Made by a program: the position numbers and the translations under genes. 64,000 nucleotides of DNA. It comes from Amoeboaphelidium protococcarum X5 (lineage: Eukaryota; Fungi; Aphelidiomycota). Positions 26,153 to 39,676 of the stretch are shown piece after piece (position 1 is the first letter of the stretch; each line of letters begins with the position of its first letter). The notes beneath the pieces were generated by a model that was not told the origin of the DNA, did not search any database, and saw only the letters and a program-made list of their open reading frames with translations. The DNA is taken from positions 417,573-481,572 of the forward strand of contig JALDTO010000237.1 of NCBI GenBank assembly GCA_023515725.1. The letters are read 5' to 3'.

Positions 26153-27040
26153 TCATGATCCTTACAGTTCGGTGGCTGCCTTGAGAGTAATACAAAAATT
26201 GTTTAATCTATCACCAGTTTTGATTTCGCTTTTACTAGAACATTGCCATTATTATGGTGGAACCTTCTTCATCAATCGATAGAGACCGTAATATAACTTT
26301 GGACTCGTATGCTCTTGCTCAGTCACAAATCCGAGTGATTCCAGCAATTGATGTAGCAGATCTTTATCAAAGTACCGTGAATTATCAACGCATGGTCTAG
26401 GTAGGACGATAAAAAGATATCCGCCCGCCTTCAAATGCAGTACAGCCTTTCGAAGCATTTCACCTCGTTGGGCATGGTCAGGCACAAAATTCAATACTAA
26501 GGATAGACACAGAATATCAAAATGTTCGTTGATATCACGCTAATCAGGTAAACGATATTCCATAAAATCGAACTTTTGTACAAACGCATTCTGTGGATTC
26601 AAATCTATTGCAGTCACCTGCAGCCATGAGCGATATCTTTAGTAATTGTCCTCCAGAGCGCCCACGTCCAACAGGCGTAATCTCGTCCCATCCGCTGGCT
26701 TGATTCCCCGAGGCAGAGCTTTGATGAGCCATTTAGAAGAATCACCGCCACGTTATTTACTCTGACCAAGTAGACTAGCCTTCTAATACGCGTCCATTCC
26801 ACCTAAGGACTCAATTTCCTTCTATAGACGCGCCATCTCTTTATCATCACCTGCGCATCTTTGCATCTACTTCTTCAACACGTGGAAACGCGATATAATT
26901 CTCTGAGTCTACGCTTAGCTATATTATTATGATTATATCTTGTGCGCTTATGACGATTATTCTCGCCCACTGTAGTCTTTTCTTTAACTAGCTACTATAC
27001 TACCACTCCGATACACTAATTGTCGCTTCTGCTTTGGCAT
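26153..27040 (-). CDS. BMT2: 25S rRNA adenine-N1 methyltransferase Bmt2-like
   Basis: GGMDAYQKASLLGQ..RGGDSSKWL, LDVG, LSLVLNFVP, RGEML, LPRPCVDNSRY, NNFCI. Confidence 0.88.
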
Positions 27041-27570
27041 CTTAATGCTCTCTTTATGCTCTCGAAATCAGATTAAAACTAGTGGTAAAAGAGTAAAACA
27101 ATCAAATAGTAAAAACGCGATTCAGCCAGCAACATTTTCTAAATTACAATAAATGGACATAGGTTTAATTTCAAGTAATGACAGCATGTTATCAATCAGA
27201 TTTTTTTCATCTCATAGAGATTAAATAAGCAATCTTTAAGTCAGTATATTATAACTATTTGTAAACGATCCTATTCACTTTCTACAACCGTTTTGCCAGG
27301 TACTTTGGATGAAGCTAAACTTGACAGTATACTGGAAATAAGTATAAAAAAGCTTAATATTTGGCCTTAATGGAACGACGCGGTGGAATCTATCTGTGAT
27401 TGTCTGAATTGCGCGTGATTTTAGAGTGAGAGAGAGAGTGATTTTGGCCAAGCTTGGATTTAGCCCCTGGATTGAATACAACACGCTTTTAACCGCTGTA
27501 GTAATCTTATTCTCTACTTTTATATTATTCTTTGTAATAACTAAATACCATCTTGAGATTAACATCTATT

Positions 27571-30558
27571 ATGACTGGTATGAAGGGCGAAGATTGTAAT
27601 AATCATCATCATCATCACAAGTTATTCTAATGGCCATGGCGAAAGTAGCACATGATCAAAGACTATTTCACATCAGATGGCTCAATGGACGGCTAGGATT
27701 TGGATGATCGCCGCAATGTACGAGCAAATGATTAGTCTAACGCCTACATGGGGAGTGAGAGTATGCGCAAGTAGAGTGTCATTAGCTTTGCCGGTCTGTC
27801 AAGGAGAAATACCACAGTTATACCGCGCATTTCAACGTCCAGTCTCCGTGGAAAGCCGTCGCTGGAGAGCATTCAAGAGTCACCCGCGGATAATAGTAGT
27901 TATAATATTTCATCTTCAACTCCTTAATAATCACATGGTAAATAGAGTAAATTGTCGCCAAAGTAGTCTATAAAGAGATTGTTTAAGCCTGCTTCTCCCG
28001 CTCTTAGTAATAAATCTCTGCATGTGGACAAGATGACAGAGAAGGCGTTGAACGAGATCCCATCGGATATTTTGGATGTTGGTAGCTGTCAGCAGATTAT
28101 GCGCCCTGAAAGTCCATAATCATACATGAGCTATCATAGTTCTGATTCTGATGATGATGCCACCTTTGGCGCTGGTGGCGGTGATTGTAATAATTCGCGA
28201 GATAGTTTATATGATAGTGCTTATCCATCGCGCCAGGCTAGTCCTAATGGCTTATTTGATGTTGAGCCTCAGAGCACGTCGCTCTTTAAGCTGTTTGAGG
28301 AGAAGCTGACTTCTATTCGCTAATCGGAGGAGAATATGTTGCTGCGGTAAAGTATGACTGGCGTCGCTGGTAAATCGCCGGCTCAGCATCAGGCATAGTT
28401 GCGTAGAAGTTAGACTGGTTACATAGTCAGCTATGGTGGCAGCGGTAAGTAAGAGAAGATTAACCAACGATCGTCATTCCGCAAGTTGATGCTGTAGAGA
28501 CCTTCTACTATCAGTCTTGCTCGTCTAAGTAGCCCTATATCGCCAAGATAAAGTGTACCTGGTTCTAGTTTTACGCGTCAGTCTCCCGTCAATAATAATA
28601 AATAGTTTAATGACTCCAATAACTCGCCCATTAAGGTGTCCAGGATGCCTACCGTGTTGAAGAAGAGGCGTGGAATAGGTGCAGTAGCGGGACAGTTGCG
28701 CCCGATCAGCACTGACAGCGGCTTTGTGTCGCTGCGCAACAAGTAATCCAATGACTCTGTATCTACGGTGAATTAGAATGTGTCCTCTGCGGATCCTATC
28801 TTAAGGCCTGATACTCCTATACCGCCTGAGGAAGATGTTGAGAGTGGTGGTGATTCCCAGTTGGTTGTACCTCGTACCTCTCCTCTTTCACCAAATAGGC
28901 GTAATGTCACATCCATATTGGATTAGATTAAATAATCAGATGTGCCGCTGGTTGAAGAAATGAGCGCTGACTTGAAGAGGCTTATTATTGCCGCAGATAT
29001 TTAAATATTGAGCAATCTACTGGTCAATCCGGAAGTTGATGACCATTATGAGAACTTTACATCAGACTTTCTGCTTACTTATAGATATTTCATGTCTGAG
29101 AAGGATCTGTTCTATCTCTTGAAAGACAAATTTATCCATTGGCTTGGTGTTACTACTGGCGAAGAGAACAAGACGCAGCAGTAGTTGTAGTAGCAGCAAT
29201 TAAGTGGAGTCAATGCAAGCGAGGCTAGAATTGGCAGATTATGGATATTAGACGATAAAGAGCCGTTCCCTGTGCTTTTGCGTATAGTATCTCTGCTCCA
29301 TTAATGGCTGGATGAGTATAGTTATTTGGATTACTTTGCCGATTGGAGCTTTACTTTGGACGCGTCAGATCTGAAGCAGGAGAGAATATGCGACTTTGCC
29401 TTACTGAATGAAGTTTCATCATTTGTAGAGTAGAGTATCTATAAGAGCAAATTGAAGCAGATTAGAATGTGGAGTGGATCGTTCAGACTCGCATTAAAAA
29501 AAAAGTTTGATGCGTTTGGATTTAAGTAGAATATTGTAATGGATAGACGTTCGTAGACTGTCCCTATTAAAGGAGTGGGTGGCATTAAATCAACAAGACC
29601 GCGTAAAGGTACGAATCCTGAAAAGACTCACGCATCGCTGCTATCATTATCTGAGATGGAGTTATTTAAACAATTGACTCTAATGGAGATGGAATACTTT
29701 CTCAAGATTAAGCCTCTAGATCTGTATTACAAGTAGCGTGGGTAGCTGTGCAAGGCCAAGAATCTGCAGGCTCTCATTGAAAGATTCAATCATGTCTCTT
29801 ATTGGATTGCTACTGAGATTTGCATGTGCAGATCTGCCAAGACGAGAGCTGAGGTTATCAAGAGATTTATCAGAATAGCGAATCTGTGCTATAAGTGGCA
29901 CAATTACAACACTTGTTTGTAAATTGTGGCCGCTCTTAGTATGACTTGTGTTAGACGGCTGAAGAAGACTTGGAAGCTCTTGCCGCGAAAGTATGAACAG
30001 CATTGGCGGGAACTGTCGCGTATATTCTCTGCTGCATGCAATTACTCAACCTACCGATAGGATATTCTTACCAAGTTGTACCAATAAGATTCTTTGGTGC
30101 CCGATGCAGCTGATGTTGATGATAAAGATGATAAGTCTGGTAAGGCGGCGCACTCTAAGATGAAAGAACCAATAGTGGGCGGCATTCCATTTATGGGTCT
30201 CCATCTCTCAGATTTGGTATTTATTGAAGAGGCACATGGAAAAGACATCATTCCGGATCCATTTAATAGCGATGTAACGCTGGTAAATTTCACCAAGATG
30301 CGATTAGTTGCGTAGACATTCCGCCAATTTGTATACCTATAGAAAGTTACCAAGTATGATATGTTCTCAGTGGATCATTTCACACAGCGATTCCTGCAGC
30401 ATGACGCGTTCGCCCTGGATGAGGATAAGCTATGGAAGGCTAGTAAGATTATCGAACCGGCAGTGGACTTTTACGATGAGCCTGTTCATGTCATGACTCT
30501 ACTGTCCGTCTCTACTTCTGATAATAGTTAGATTAGTTCGAAATAGACTAACGAGTGA
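27571..30558 (+). CDS. Ras guanine nucleotide exchange factor (REM + CDC25 domains)
   Basis: DFLLTYRYF, QLTLME, FNHVSYWIATEI, IPFMGLHLSDLVFIEE, LVNFTKMR, and a long low-complexity N-terminus. Confidence 0.87.
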
Positions 30559-30568
30559 GTAAAGTGAA

Positions 30569-31550
30569 TTAGAATATCAAATTAATCAATCGACTTATAT
30601 TTAGTACATTCTGGAATATCGTTGTGTAATCACTGATAAGAGAAATGACTGGAGAAGGGGTACACGCTTCATGACAGCATTTCACTACGTAATGCACAAA
30701 GCGATACACCTGCAACACCCTCGACTCGTCGTAATAATCCAAAGTAATTAACATTATGTCACTTTTCCATAACAATCCAGCTTCGTCGATAAAAATGAAT
30801 CTCCAGGTTTCGGCATTAGAAAGGATTTCCCAGACACTCTTTTTAGCCTTGGATGCATCCACACGAATCTTGTAGAGAGTAGCAGCTTCAGCGACACATT
30901 GCAACAGGTCCAATGTTCCGATGCTTGTCTTTGCCTCCACAGCTACCAGATGGACTTCACGAGGAATTGCTTTAGATAAAATATCTTTCCATTTCCAAAT
31001 TCAATTGCATAGTCTGTACTTCCGCTCAGCTTGCGTTTTTTGCCCCAATTGTCTCCGTCACCGACAGTTCCAACTATGGAAATAGTCGCAAATTTCCCTC
31101 GAATTCTGGACGATGAATGATATCTAGAAGGAAAAGATTAAGGAAAAAGTGACGGCCGACTTCAGTAAACTGTGGACACCTTTACTTATCTCTTCAAACG
31201 CAGCGTGGAATCCAGGACGCGGGCTGAATATTTTCATCAATCACGAAGCTGGTCCAGCGTCGACGAGAAGCATCGACACCGGCAACTGACTGAGTCTATT
31301 CTTCGTCAGCATCTTCAAAATTCATAGCTTCTGGTTCTTGCTCTTTCATTGCGAGCTTGATGAACGATTCGTAGTGCGTGACAGAGGCTCTAGCATCAGC
31401 AAGACGCATGTCGAGACGAACCAATTCCTCTTGTTGATCTGAGTCAAACACCTACTTTCGTTCCACTTGTTTCAACGCAGCTCTTTGATCGATAAGGTCT
31501 TTCTTTACCTCTTGTTCTACGACAGCCAGTTGTTGAAATAAAGAATCCAA
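30569..31550 (-). pseudogene. Frameshifted CRN-effector-like protein with a PD-(D/E)xK (REase-like) domain and an N-terminal coiled coil
   Basis: Segments TEVGRHFFLNLFLLD..LRLFPQLEL, LSGSTDYAI and LVAVEAK..DLLQCVAE..WRFIFID lie in different frames separated by TGAs. Boundaries are approximate. Confidence 0.5.
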
Positions 31551-32016
31551 ATTGTGGTGTTTTATTTTACTTTAATTGAGGAAGAAACAAGATAAAAAAA
31601 TAATCACACTAGTACAGTACGCTATGCAGATGAAACAAAAAACGATCCGCTTAAAGTCGCCAGTGTGACGGTGACCGGTGCTCGATAATTAGAGAGTCGC
31701 GAGTCTGAGAACTTTTGAATGAGCAGATGGCACTCCAGACTGTGAGATTTAAACTCGGTTCCAGAGACTGACACTCAGCCTTAAACCCGCACTTTTAAAG
31801 TAGTCAATTCATTTGCCACTTTACTTTCTTATTGAGCTTCATTCAACGGCCGTCATGTGTCTCCGCGTCCTCGTGCATTTATTTGGCTGCAGAACGGCGA
31901 AACCGCGGCCCGCTCTGCTTGGGTGCTGATCTCCGGAAATAAAGTATTTGGTTATCTCCATTTAATTATCCAAATCATTAAGCGTGGCTTGTAAGAGTCT
32001 ATTAGTGGTCAGCCAG

Positions 32017-33383
32017 ATGCAGAGAGAACGATTGCTCTATGAGGCCCCGTGGCCTGTGTACGCTATGGGCTGGGCCAACTCGTCTCACCCTGAACGATTT
32101 CGTATGGCCATTGGATCTTTCATTGAAGAGTATTAGAACAAGGTATGAATGTTATCATCAGAGTATTAAGTGCTACCACGTTGAAATCTATTTATATATA
32201 TATATCATGTAGATGTAAATAGTGGGATTGCAACACTCTTAGAATGATATGGAGGATGAGGATGACCAAGTACAGTTAACTTGTCTCGCTCAGGCAGATC
32301 ACCCATACCCAATGACCAAGGTTTAATGGTGTCCCGTGAACGAAGTAACTTGATTTATACTAAAGTTAGGTTTCAATATCATTATTCCCTTATTTTTATA
32401 TTGTGTAGAATTAGGCTAATCTTAATATGCTTGCTACTAGTGGAGACTATCTCAGACTGTGGAAGTTTAATGATGATGAGCAGGGAAGCTCCGGTTCTGC
32501 TGGTAGTTGCTCTGGGGATACCAATTAGAATTAGTATACATTAAGTCGACTTGCCGTTCTCAATAGCAACAAGAATAATGAGTTCTGTGCTCCTATCACA
32601 TCATTTGATTGGAATTCTATGGATATTTCAGTCTTGGGTACAGCCAGTGTTGATACCACATGTACTATATGGAATGTGGAACGACAGTAGGTGAAGACTC
32701 AGTTGATTGCTCATGATCGCGAGGTGTATGACTTGGCATTTAGCTCATTCAATCCAGAGGTGTTTGCCTCAGTTGGAGCAGATGGATCTATGCGCATGTT
32801 CGATCTGAGGAACTTGGAGCATTCGAATATTCTATATGAGACTGTTGATCAGTCACCTCTACTTCGACTGTGTTGGAATTAGCTAGATTCTAATCTTATT
32901 GCCACGTTCTAGCATGGTAGCTCTGGTGCAGTTGTTGTTGTGGATATCCGGATGCCTGCCACGGCTTATTGCGAATTGTCTCATGGTATTAATTTGGCAT
33001 CAAAAAGCTAGATGATGCAGTAGACATCTGATAGCATTGGTAATCTTCATCAACATTAACAGTATAAACGTTAGTAGAATGTCAATGGTATAGAATGGTC
33101 CGCTGGTGTTGCCCATAATCTATGCTCAGTTGGTCAGGATGGATAAGCTCTGGTCTGGGATCTGGATAACGTGAATTCATCCAAACAGCTATAATAATAA
33201 TAATATCAACAAGAACAACAAGCTTAATAGTAATAATAATAATAATAATTATCCAATTATTGCCCTGAGCCGGTTCTCTGCTATAATGCGTAGGCTGAAA
33301 TAAATCAAGTCTCTTGGTCCGCAACGTAGCCAGAGTGGTTGGCCATTTCTCATGATAATATTCTAGAAATGCTGCGCGTATGA
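32017..33383 (+). CDS. DCAF7: DCAF7/WDR68 (AN11-like) WD40 protein; introns 32143-32212 and 32345-32408
   Basis: [58 protein letters not shown]. Confidence 0.92.
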
Positions 33384-33456
33384 TAACTTTTATGATTTAT
33401 GAATTGATAAATCTATTCTCCAATTTATACATAGTATACTCTTACTTGGATTGATT

Positions 33457-34993
33457 TCATTCAATTTAGTGTTGAGAGATATATTTAATGTTCTGTGATA
33501 GAGTCCAGAGATGCCAGTAATACTCGCCAAGATGAGACTTCACCTCTGATGGTAATTTACACTCCAGCATTTAGAATCTGTCAAATTGAGGACATGCGAC
33601 TTCTCCTTCAAATACCATCAGAGTTGATTGCGCTGTACTTTCATCCGTCCCATTCACTTCCACCTTCTTAGTATTGGTTTAGTCACTATCTTTCAATGAT
33701 TAGCCTATATTCCAGTTTAAGCGATTGAGTATTACATTTCTAAACTTTGATAAAGTCCGCTGGCCTCCCTCAACCACCAGAAGAGCATATCCATCACATT
33801 GAAGACAAAGTCCCCTTAGATGGTAATCTTGCGCACTAGCTCTGATTTTAAATCTATTCTTGGGATGTAGCGATAGATCTCTGAATATGACAAATACATT
33901 GATCACTGCTCCGTGGTTGGTATCATCAGAGTTCCTATACACCAACTTCAATCTCCTCTGGTCTTGAGTCAATTTTCGCTCCTCATTTAAACGCTAATGC
34001 TTCTCCAATCTCTCCTTCACCTGCTTCATCACATGCAATTCAATCGCCGTAGGTTCACCTTAAACTGACAATTGACCAGCGGCGTTCAACCTCATCACGC
34101 TGGACATTTTCAACTTTTACGGCATTGGAGGAAGAAGTCCTAGCTGCACCTTCAACTGCCTCTCCTTCTCTGCTTCTATTCGACGGAGGCGTCTGGCTTT
34201 ACGCATTTCCTTTCTAGTCAGATGGATCTTTTATATCTGAGCATTATCTGAACCAAATTAATCATCTCGGAAAGGTCTCAGTTAGACTGGATGCTGGATG
34301 AGAGATGTAATCTAGTCATACTTTATACTATCCAAGTCGTATCGAGGAAAAGACAGAATTTAACTATCCCACCACTCGACATATTGATCAGAATCTATTT
34401 CTCCAGAGACTGCGTCGTAATAAAATCCAGTTAAAGAAGGGAGATGATCATACGCGTCATCTCCCACAAGATCCAATTCAAAGTCTTGTGAATGTGACTG
34501 CAATCGCTCAAGCTCTGACTGATTCTTTACCATTTCCAGCTATAACGTCTAACGAACCTAATCAGCCTTTTGACTCAATTTACCTCTCCTTATAAACTTG
34601 AGCTTGGCATTCAATCTCTAATCTTTCGGGCCACTCTTTGTCACGTAGGGATTCTTCTATTAAGAAGCATCAGTCTATTTACTACCAGATTCATCTTTCT
34701 TGGATGGAGCAGCGATACCGGCGATTATAGGATGAATAGGAACATTGAGGATGGTCTAATGTGAATCGCCTCTGCCTAAATCGCCAGTAGAATCTTTTAA
34801 TTGTGAGCTCTACTATTTTCTCTCAGCCAGACGCTTCTTTACGTCAGCCAGTCTGTCCTTGATGGAACTAGAGGCTTTAGATTATGATTAAAGATTGATT
34901 GCCCCCATTGCTTGGACCAGTCAGTTTACTCTTCTTTACATTATCCGCTTACAATGCGGTATCATCATTGTACTACTTTCGCTTTCTTTCCAT
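33457..34993 (-). CDS. PRP3: U4/U6 snRNP protein Prp3; apparent 1-nt frameshift near 34890, or a start at ATG 34908
   Basis: VEWWD, LIQHP, HLTRKE.RK.RR.RR, LGLLPP, and the C-terminal RFKI..AQ..LRG..VVEGG..KFRN domain. Confidence 0.85.
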
Positions 34994-35145
34994 CGTTAGC
35001 TGCAACAACTTTATCTTGACTCCAGCTTGTAAAATGCTATGTGCAACACTGATCAAAGACGGATATAGAGAGAACGAGCGCGAAATCGCCGCGGAAACGC
35101 TCACTGTAATTAGATAGGGATGAAATCGCGATTAGCTGCGAGTTG

Positions 35146-38100
35146 AAAGTGAAAAGTAAAGGTGGAAACAAGATAGAGAGTGCAGTGTTGGTAGTAAATA
35201 TTTTACTGATTGATTTTTTATTCATTGTTCTAGCGCTGAACAGCACTTTCGATTTATTTTTGTAGTACAGTGGTAGACATGAAATGCGGCCAATGGATTC
35301 AGAATTGTCCAGAGAGATGAGGTGAAGGAGGAGGAGGAGCTTTTGTTACATGTGTTGACGAGAAGGAGACTGACCATACCATTAGAAACTTCAGAAACCT
35401 TAACACAAAACTCCAGAGGGGACCAATTCATGAACGTGATGAGAACCACAGCGGCAAAGCAATTCGGACTACCAGTGTAGGGAGACTCTTGCCAGAGGAC
35501 TCGATCAACTCTTAACTATTGACTACAGAGCAGATACGGACCTCGGCAACTTTCGAATGGGACTTCTATATTCTATATTCTATGAGATGTGACCGCTGCG
35601 TCTCCAATGAAATGACTATATACAAATGACATGAGACTACGGAGGACGCAGAAAACTCTTGCAATGACGCCTATGATCTAACTACGGCGCCATGTACAAA
35701 GGAAGATGAGGATCATGATGATGATGATGTGGAGCCAAAGGAGCCTATGAATGGGGACTACGGCACCAGTGGCATTGAGATGAGGATATACTCTTGCAGA
35801 CTACGCCTATGATCTAGCTACGGCGCATCTGCAAAGGATGAGGACAATGATGATGATGATGATAATGTGAAGCCAAAAGAGCCTATGACAATAAACTACG
35901 GCCCGATGGCATTGGGATGGAGAACTACTCTTGCAAATGACGCCTTGATTGACAGACTACGACGCCATTTGCAAACTATGACAAGCAACCGCCAGAGGAG
36001 TCTAAGAATGTTCACAGCGACTCCAGCGGCAAGGACACAAGACGAGATGACTCTATTCTATCCAACGCAACTAGCCAGCCTAACGAGAGAGAGAGAGAGA
36101 GATAAAAAGAGGCAGGGCCAGCCAAGATGCGCACAGAGAGTGGATAGAACAGAGAGAGAGAGAGGACAACCACAACACAGTATGCCTTGTATTGCAATTG
36201 TCCAGAGAGGGAGACTTACGGAGTGGAAGCGGAGACAAAGACGGGTGCATATTTTCAGCCTAGGACCAAGATTAAAGTCCAGATGATCAATGAGATGAGA
36301 CAACACCACAGATTATAAAGTCTTGTCAGCTTCCACCAGCTCCAATATAATATTACTTGGCACAGGCATTACGGGAACAATGATTAAAATTTTTTCATTT
36401 TCCTGCCAATGCCAAGGCGGTGCGCGGGTCAGGCATACCAGTTACTAGCTACCATTTAACTTATTGTTCCAACTCAGCCCAGTCAACGAGAATAAGATTT
36501 ACTTATGGACATCCAGAAAGAGAGAGAGAAAGACAGAGTCCAGCGGTTGACGAGGCAAAGTTGGCAGAAAGTTATTATATATGGCAAGAAGCTATCTCAG
36601 AGACCCGCGCACCAGACGATACCAGCTATAACCTATGACGGTTATAGCATAATAATTCTAACCCCAGCTCTTTGCTGGGCATATTTTTTTCTACTGGCCA
36701 TACCAGACCAACACCACCACCCCCTCTTTTCCCTACTCCATGTGAGCCATCATGGCCCACTCCCAACAAGCAAATCAGCTTCTCAACGGCCAAAGACGGC
36801 CAGGTCCAGCACAAGATGACACTGGACAGACTTGATCGCAACCTTCTTCACCACGACGCCAAAAACCAATACCCACTGGCCAGCTGCAGGTCCAATAGAA
36901 CGACAACACAACCTCTGGTGTCGTCGTGACACTAGCCAGCACTAGAGGACCAGCACAAGCTCCTTCAACCAGCCAGGGACCGAGAGGAAAGAGACCGCCA
37001 GAGATACAACTTTGACCAGGCGAAGAGGCAGCAAACAAGCAGAGAACAATCAATTTCTAAAAGCAAAGAGCAGAGGACTCCTTGCTGAGATCTAATAAGC
37101 AAAGCCCAACAAAGTGAGGGCATTATTATAGAGAGCCAACCGCAGCCAACTAGCAGCGGCGAGGCGGACCAAGTTCTTTTTTGAAGCGCCAACAATTGGA
37201 CGCCATGCTACTAAGAGCTTTCTATACTTCAAAAGCCATATTTTTGGCTAGTATCCTGGACTTTGCAACCTCAATCCTCATAACGCCAACTAAATACTCA
37301 CAAACTTAGAAGCTGGTGGTCTGATAGCATGGAAACACAACCTCTGGTGCTTCCATAGCACAAGCCAGCACTACAGACCAGCACAAGCTCCTCCGACCAG
37401 CTTCTTAACCAGCGGAAGAGACTCCCAGCAGTGAGATCTTTGGCAAGGTAGTGGAGGTACAGTCAGGACTTTAATGACAACTTTTCATTTAGCTTACTCA
37501 TTTGCACAGAGCAGAGGACTCCATGTTGCTTTTTTTTAATCACCGCATCCATTAGTATAAGGAAGGGTGCTTTAAATATGAGGACATCAATTCTTACTAA
37601 GTTAATATAGAGGTGAATCGCCAAGTTCTTTTAAAGATTCTAGCAAAATTTTTGACGAATCTAACTCCAGTATTACAGTTGGGCATTGGACAGTTCAATG
37701 CTTATCGCCAGAACAATCTGCACTCATGAGAGGCACCGGATGCAGTTTTCATAACAAAACAGTTGTCATACAAGACAACAATGACAATAACAAGTCTCTA
37801 GGCGGCTAACATGCAGAGAGATTTTATTCTATCCAGTACAGAGTAAGAGCCAGTCAGAGACATAAACGAAATGAGACTTTTTTCTTCAACCTGATGGTTG
37901 TCTTAGGGAGTAAAGAACCAGCATAACTTGAGTAACTGCATGCAATTCCATGGTCGAGTAGAGAAGGTGAATGGTCAGCAGACACACCAAGCAAAGTCTG
38001 ATTATCCTTTATAAAAGAGCAGCCTTTTCAGCTTGTAAACAATGAGCCAGAGAGACATTTCCCATTGAGCTTTTTCAACCAGCAGCAAACCAGAAGACGA

Positions 38101-39497
38101 TATCGAATGACTCTGCAAGCAGTTGTAGTACTGTGGCTCAATGATCAGTCAGCAGTTTCAAGTCAATTATCATTCACAAAAGGGCGGTTGTTCTCTGACG
38201 AATACAAGCATCAAATGAAAGCATAGCTAAAGCAGCTAGTTAGAACTTGCATATAGTATAAATCTTATTAAAGCAAAGCAAGCACAATCGACTTCAACTT
38301 CACAGATAACTAAAACCTTGTGATAGTAAAGCAAGTACAGTCGACATTAGAGACAGCCAGAGCCTTGTCCTCGCAGCAATCTTGACAAGTCAAAGTAGCA
38401 TGAACCTACACACACAGAACTATATAAGATGACAGAAACGAGCTAAATCTGTTAAAATAGACATACCGGATTAGAGACAATGACCATTAGAGCAGCTTTG
38501 AGAGGTCAGTCACAGATGGATAAAGAGAGAGAGGAGCCTTGACAATATCTTGTGATTGATAGAGGTACCAGCAAAGAGGACAGCGATTAACAACCAGCTC
38601 GACATCATGGACCACAGTAGAGGAGCAGCATTCTTCACCAGTAAGAATCCAGAGGAATGCCCAAAGGCCATCACCATAGAGCTGGAACAAGAGAGCAGGA
38701 GACGGATGGTTTCAGGTGCAGAGAGAGGAGACAGACGGCCAAACTGAGCAGATAGCAAGCGAGCACCAGAACCATCACCCAAGCAAGTAGCTAGGACACC
38801 ATACGAGCATATCGGATGAGATAAATGTATAGCGAACATAAGACTGCAATAATCGATTGTTATTAAAAGAGAAGAAGAGAGTGATATGGGACAGTGGGAA
38901 TGTTTGATTGTTCCCCCACACTTTGTTTCAGATCTGAAACGTGGCTTTAGTGAAACGGGCACCACCAAAAAGGCAACCGGGTCATTTCTTGATCAATTTT
39001 TTTGGGAATTAGCTCATCTGCCGTTTCAAAAAACGATCTATCGATTGGTACTTATATGATATGTACTCCAGTTTGGTGAGTTATATTTACTATGATACAG
39101 GAGTGAGTAGTTGTCCGGATTTGGAAGCGCTCGCGCGCGCTCCGTCGCTGAAACGATCCCGTTCTAGACCGTGGGCCGATATCGAACAATGAGGCCGCCA
39201 AAGTAGTGGAAAGTGCGCAATATAAAACTGCTAATTAGTGAGGACTTGTTACTATATTATTGCTGATATCAATGGTATATCTGTAACTTTCTATTCCCAA
39301 ACACTATCATTCCTGTTAGTTTGAAACACATGGTTATATGCCAACTTTCACCTTTCAATAACATCTTGCGGAAGCCAGACCGCACACTCTTGTATACTTA
39401 CTTGTAGTTTTATCAACCTTATTACAGTATTGTGGCGTTTGCATCTCTCACATTTATAATTCGCAGCTTCTTCCATATGCATTTTGCAACTATGAAC
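35146..39497 (+). repeat. Left arm of a ~4.3-kb near-perfect inverted repeat
   Basis: The ORF track is mirrored (paired coordinates sum to 89030). It is the reverse complement of 49533-53884; by eye the few differences fall near the ends (~35253, 35263, 35307, 39361-39362, and from 39470). Confidence 0.95.
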
Positions 39498-39676
39498 CAG
39501 TCTTGATACGCCATATGTTTGGTTGCAACAAGTAGATATGCTGTATGTACAGTAAGAGGTTCAATAAAGTATCTGTAAAAAGTAAGACATGCACAATACA
39601 ATAATGATTAAACTACACTCGCAGCATTTTGGCTTTCAAATAAACCACCTTCGACGTCGGAGTACCACAGTGAAAA

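Noticed and set aside
35266-35292. TA-CAGTGGTAGAC as a Tc1/mariner terminus
   Set aside because: No matching inverted end was found within the same arm, and arm homology continues ~120 bp outside it.
35867-38968. ORF-track ORFs inside the IR arms as real genes
   Set aside because: They overlap on both strands, are microsatellite-driven, and carry no recognisable motif.
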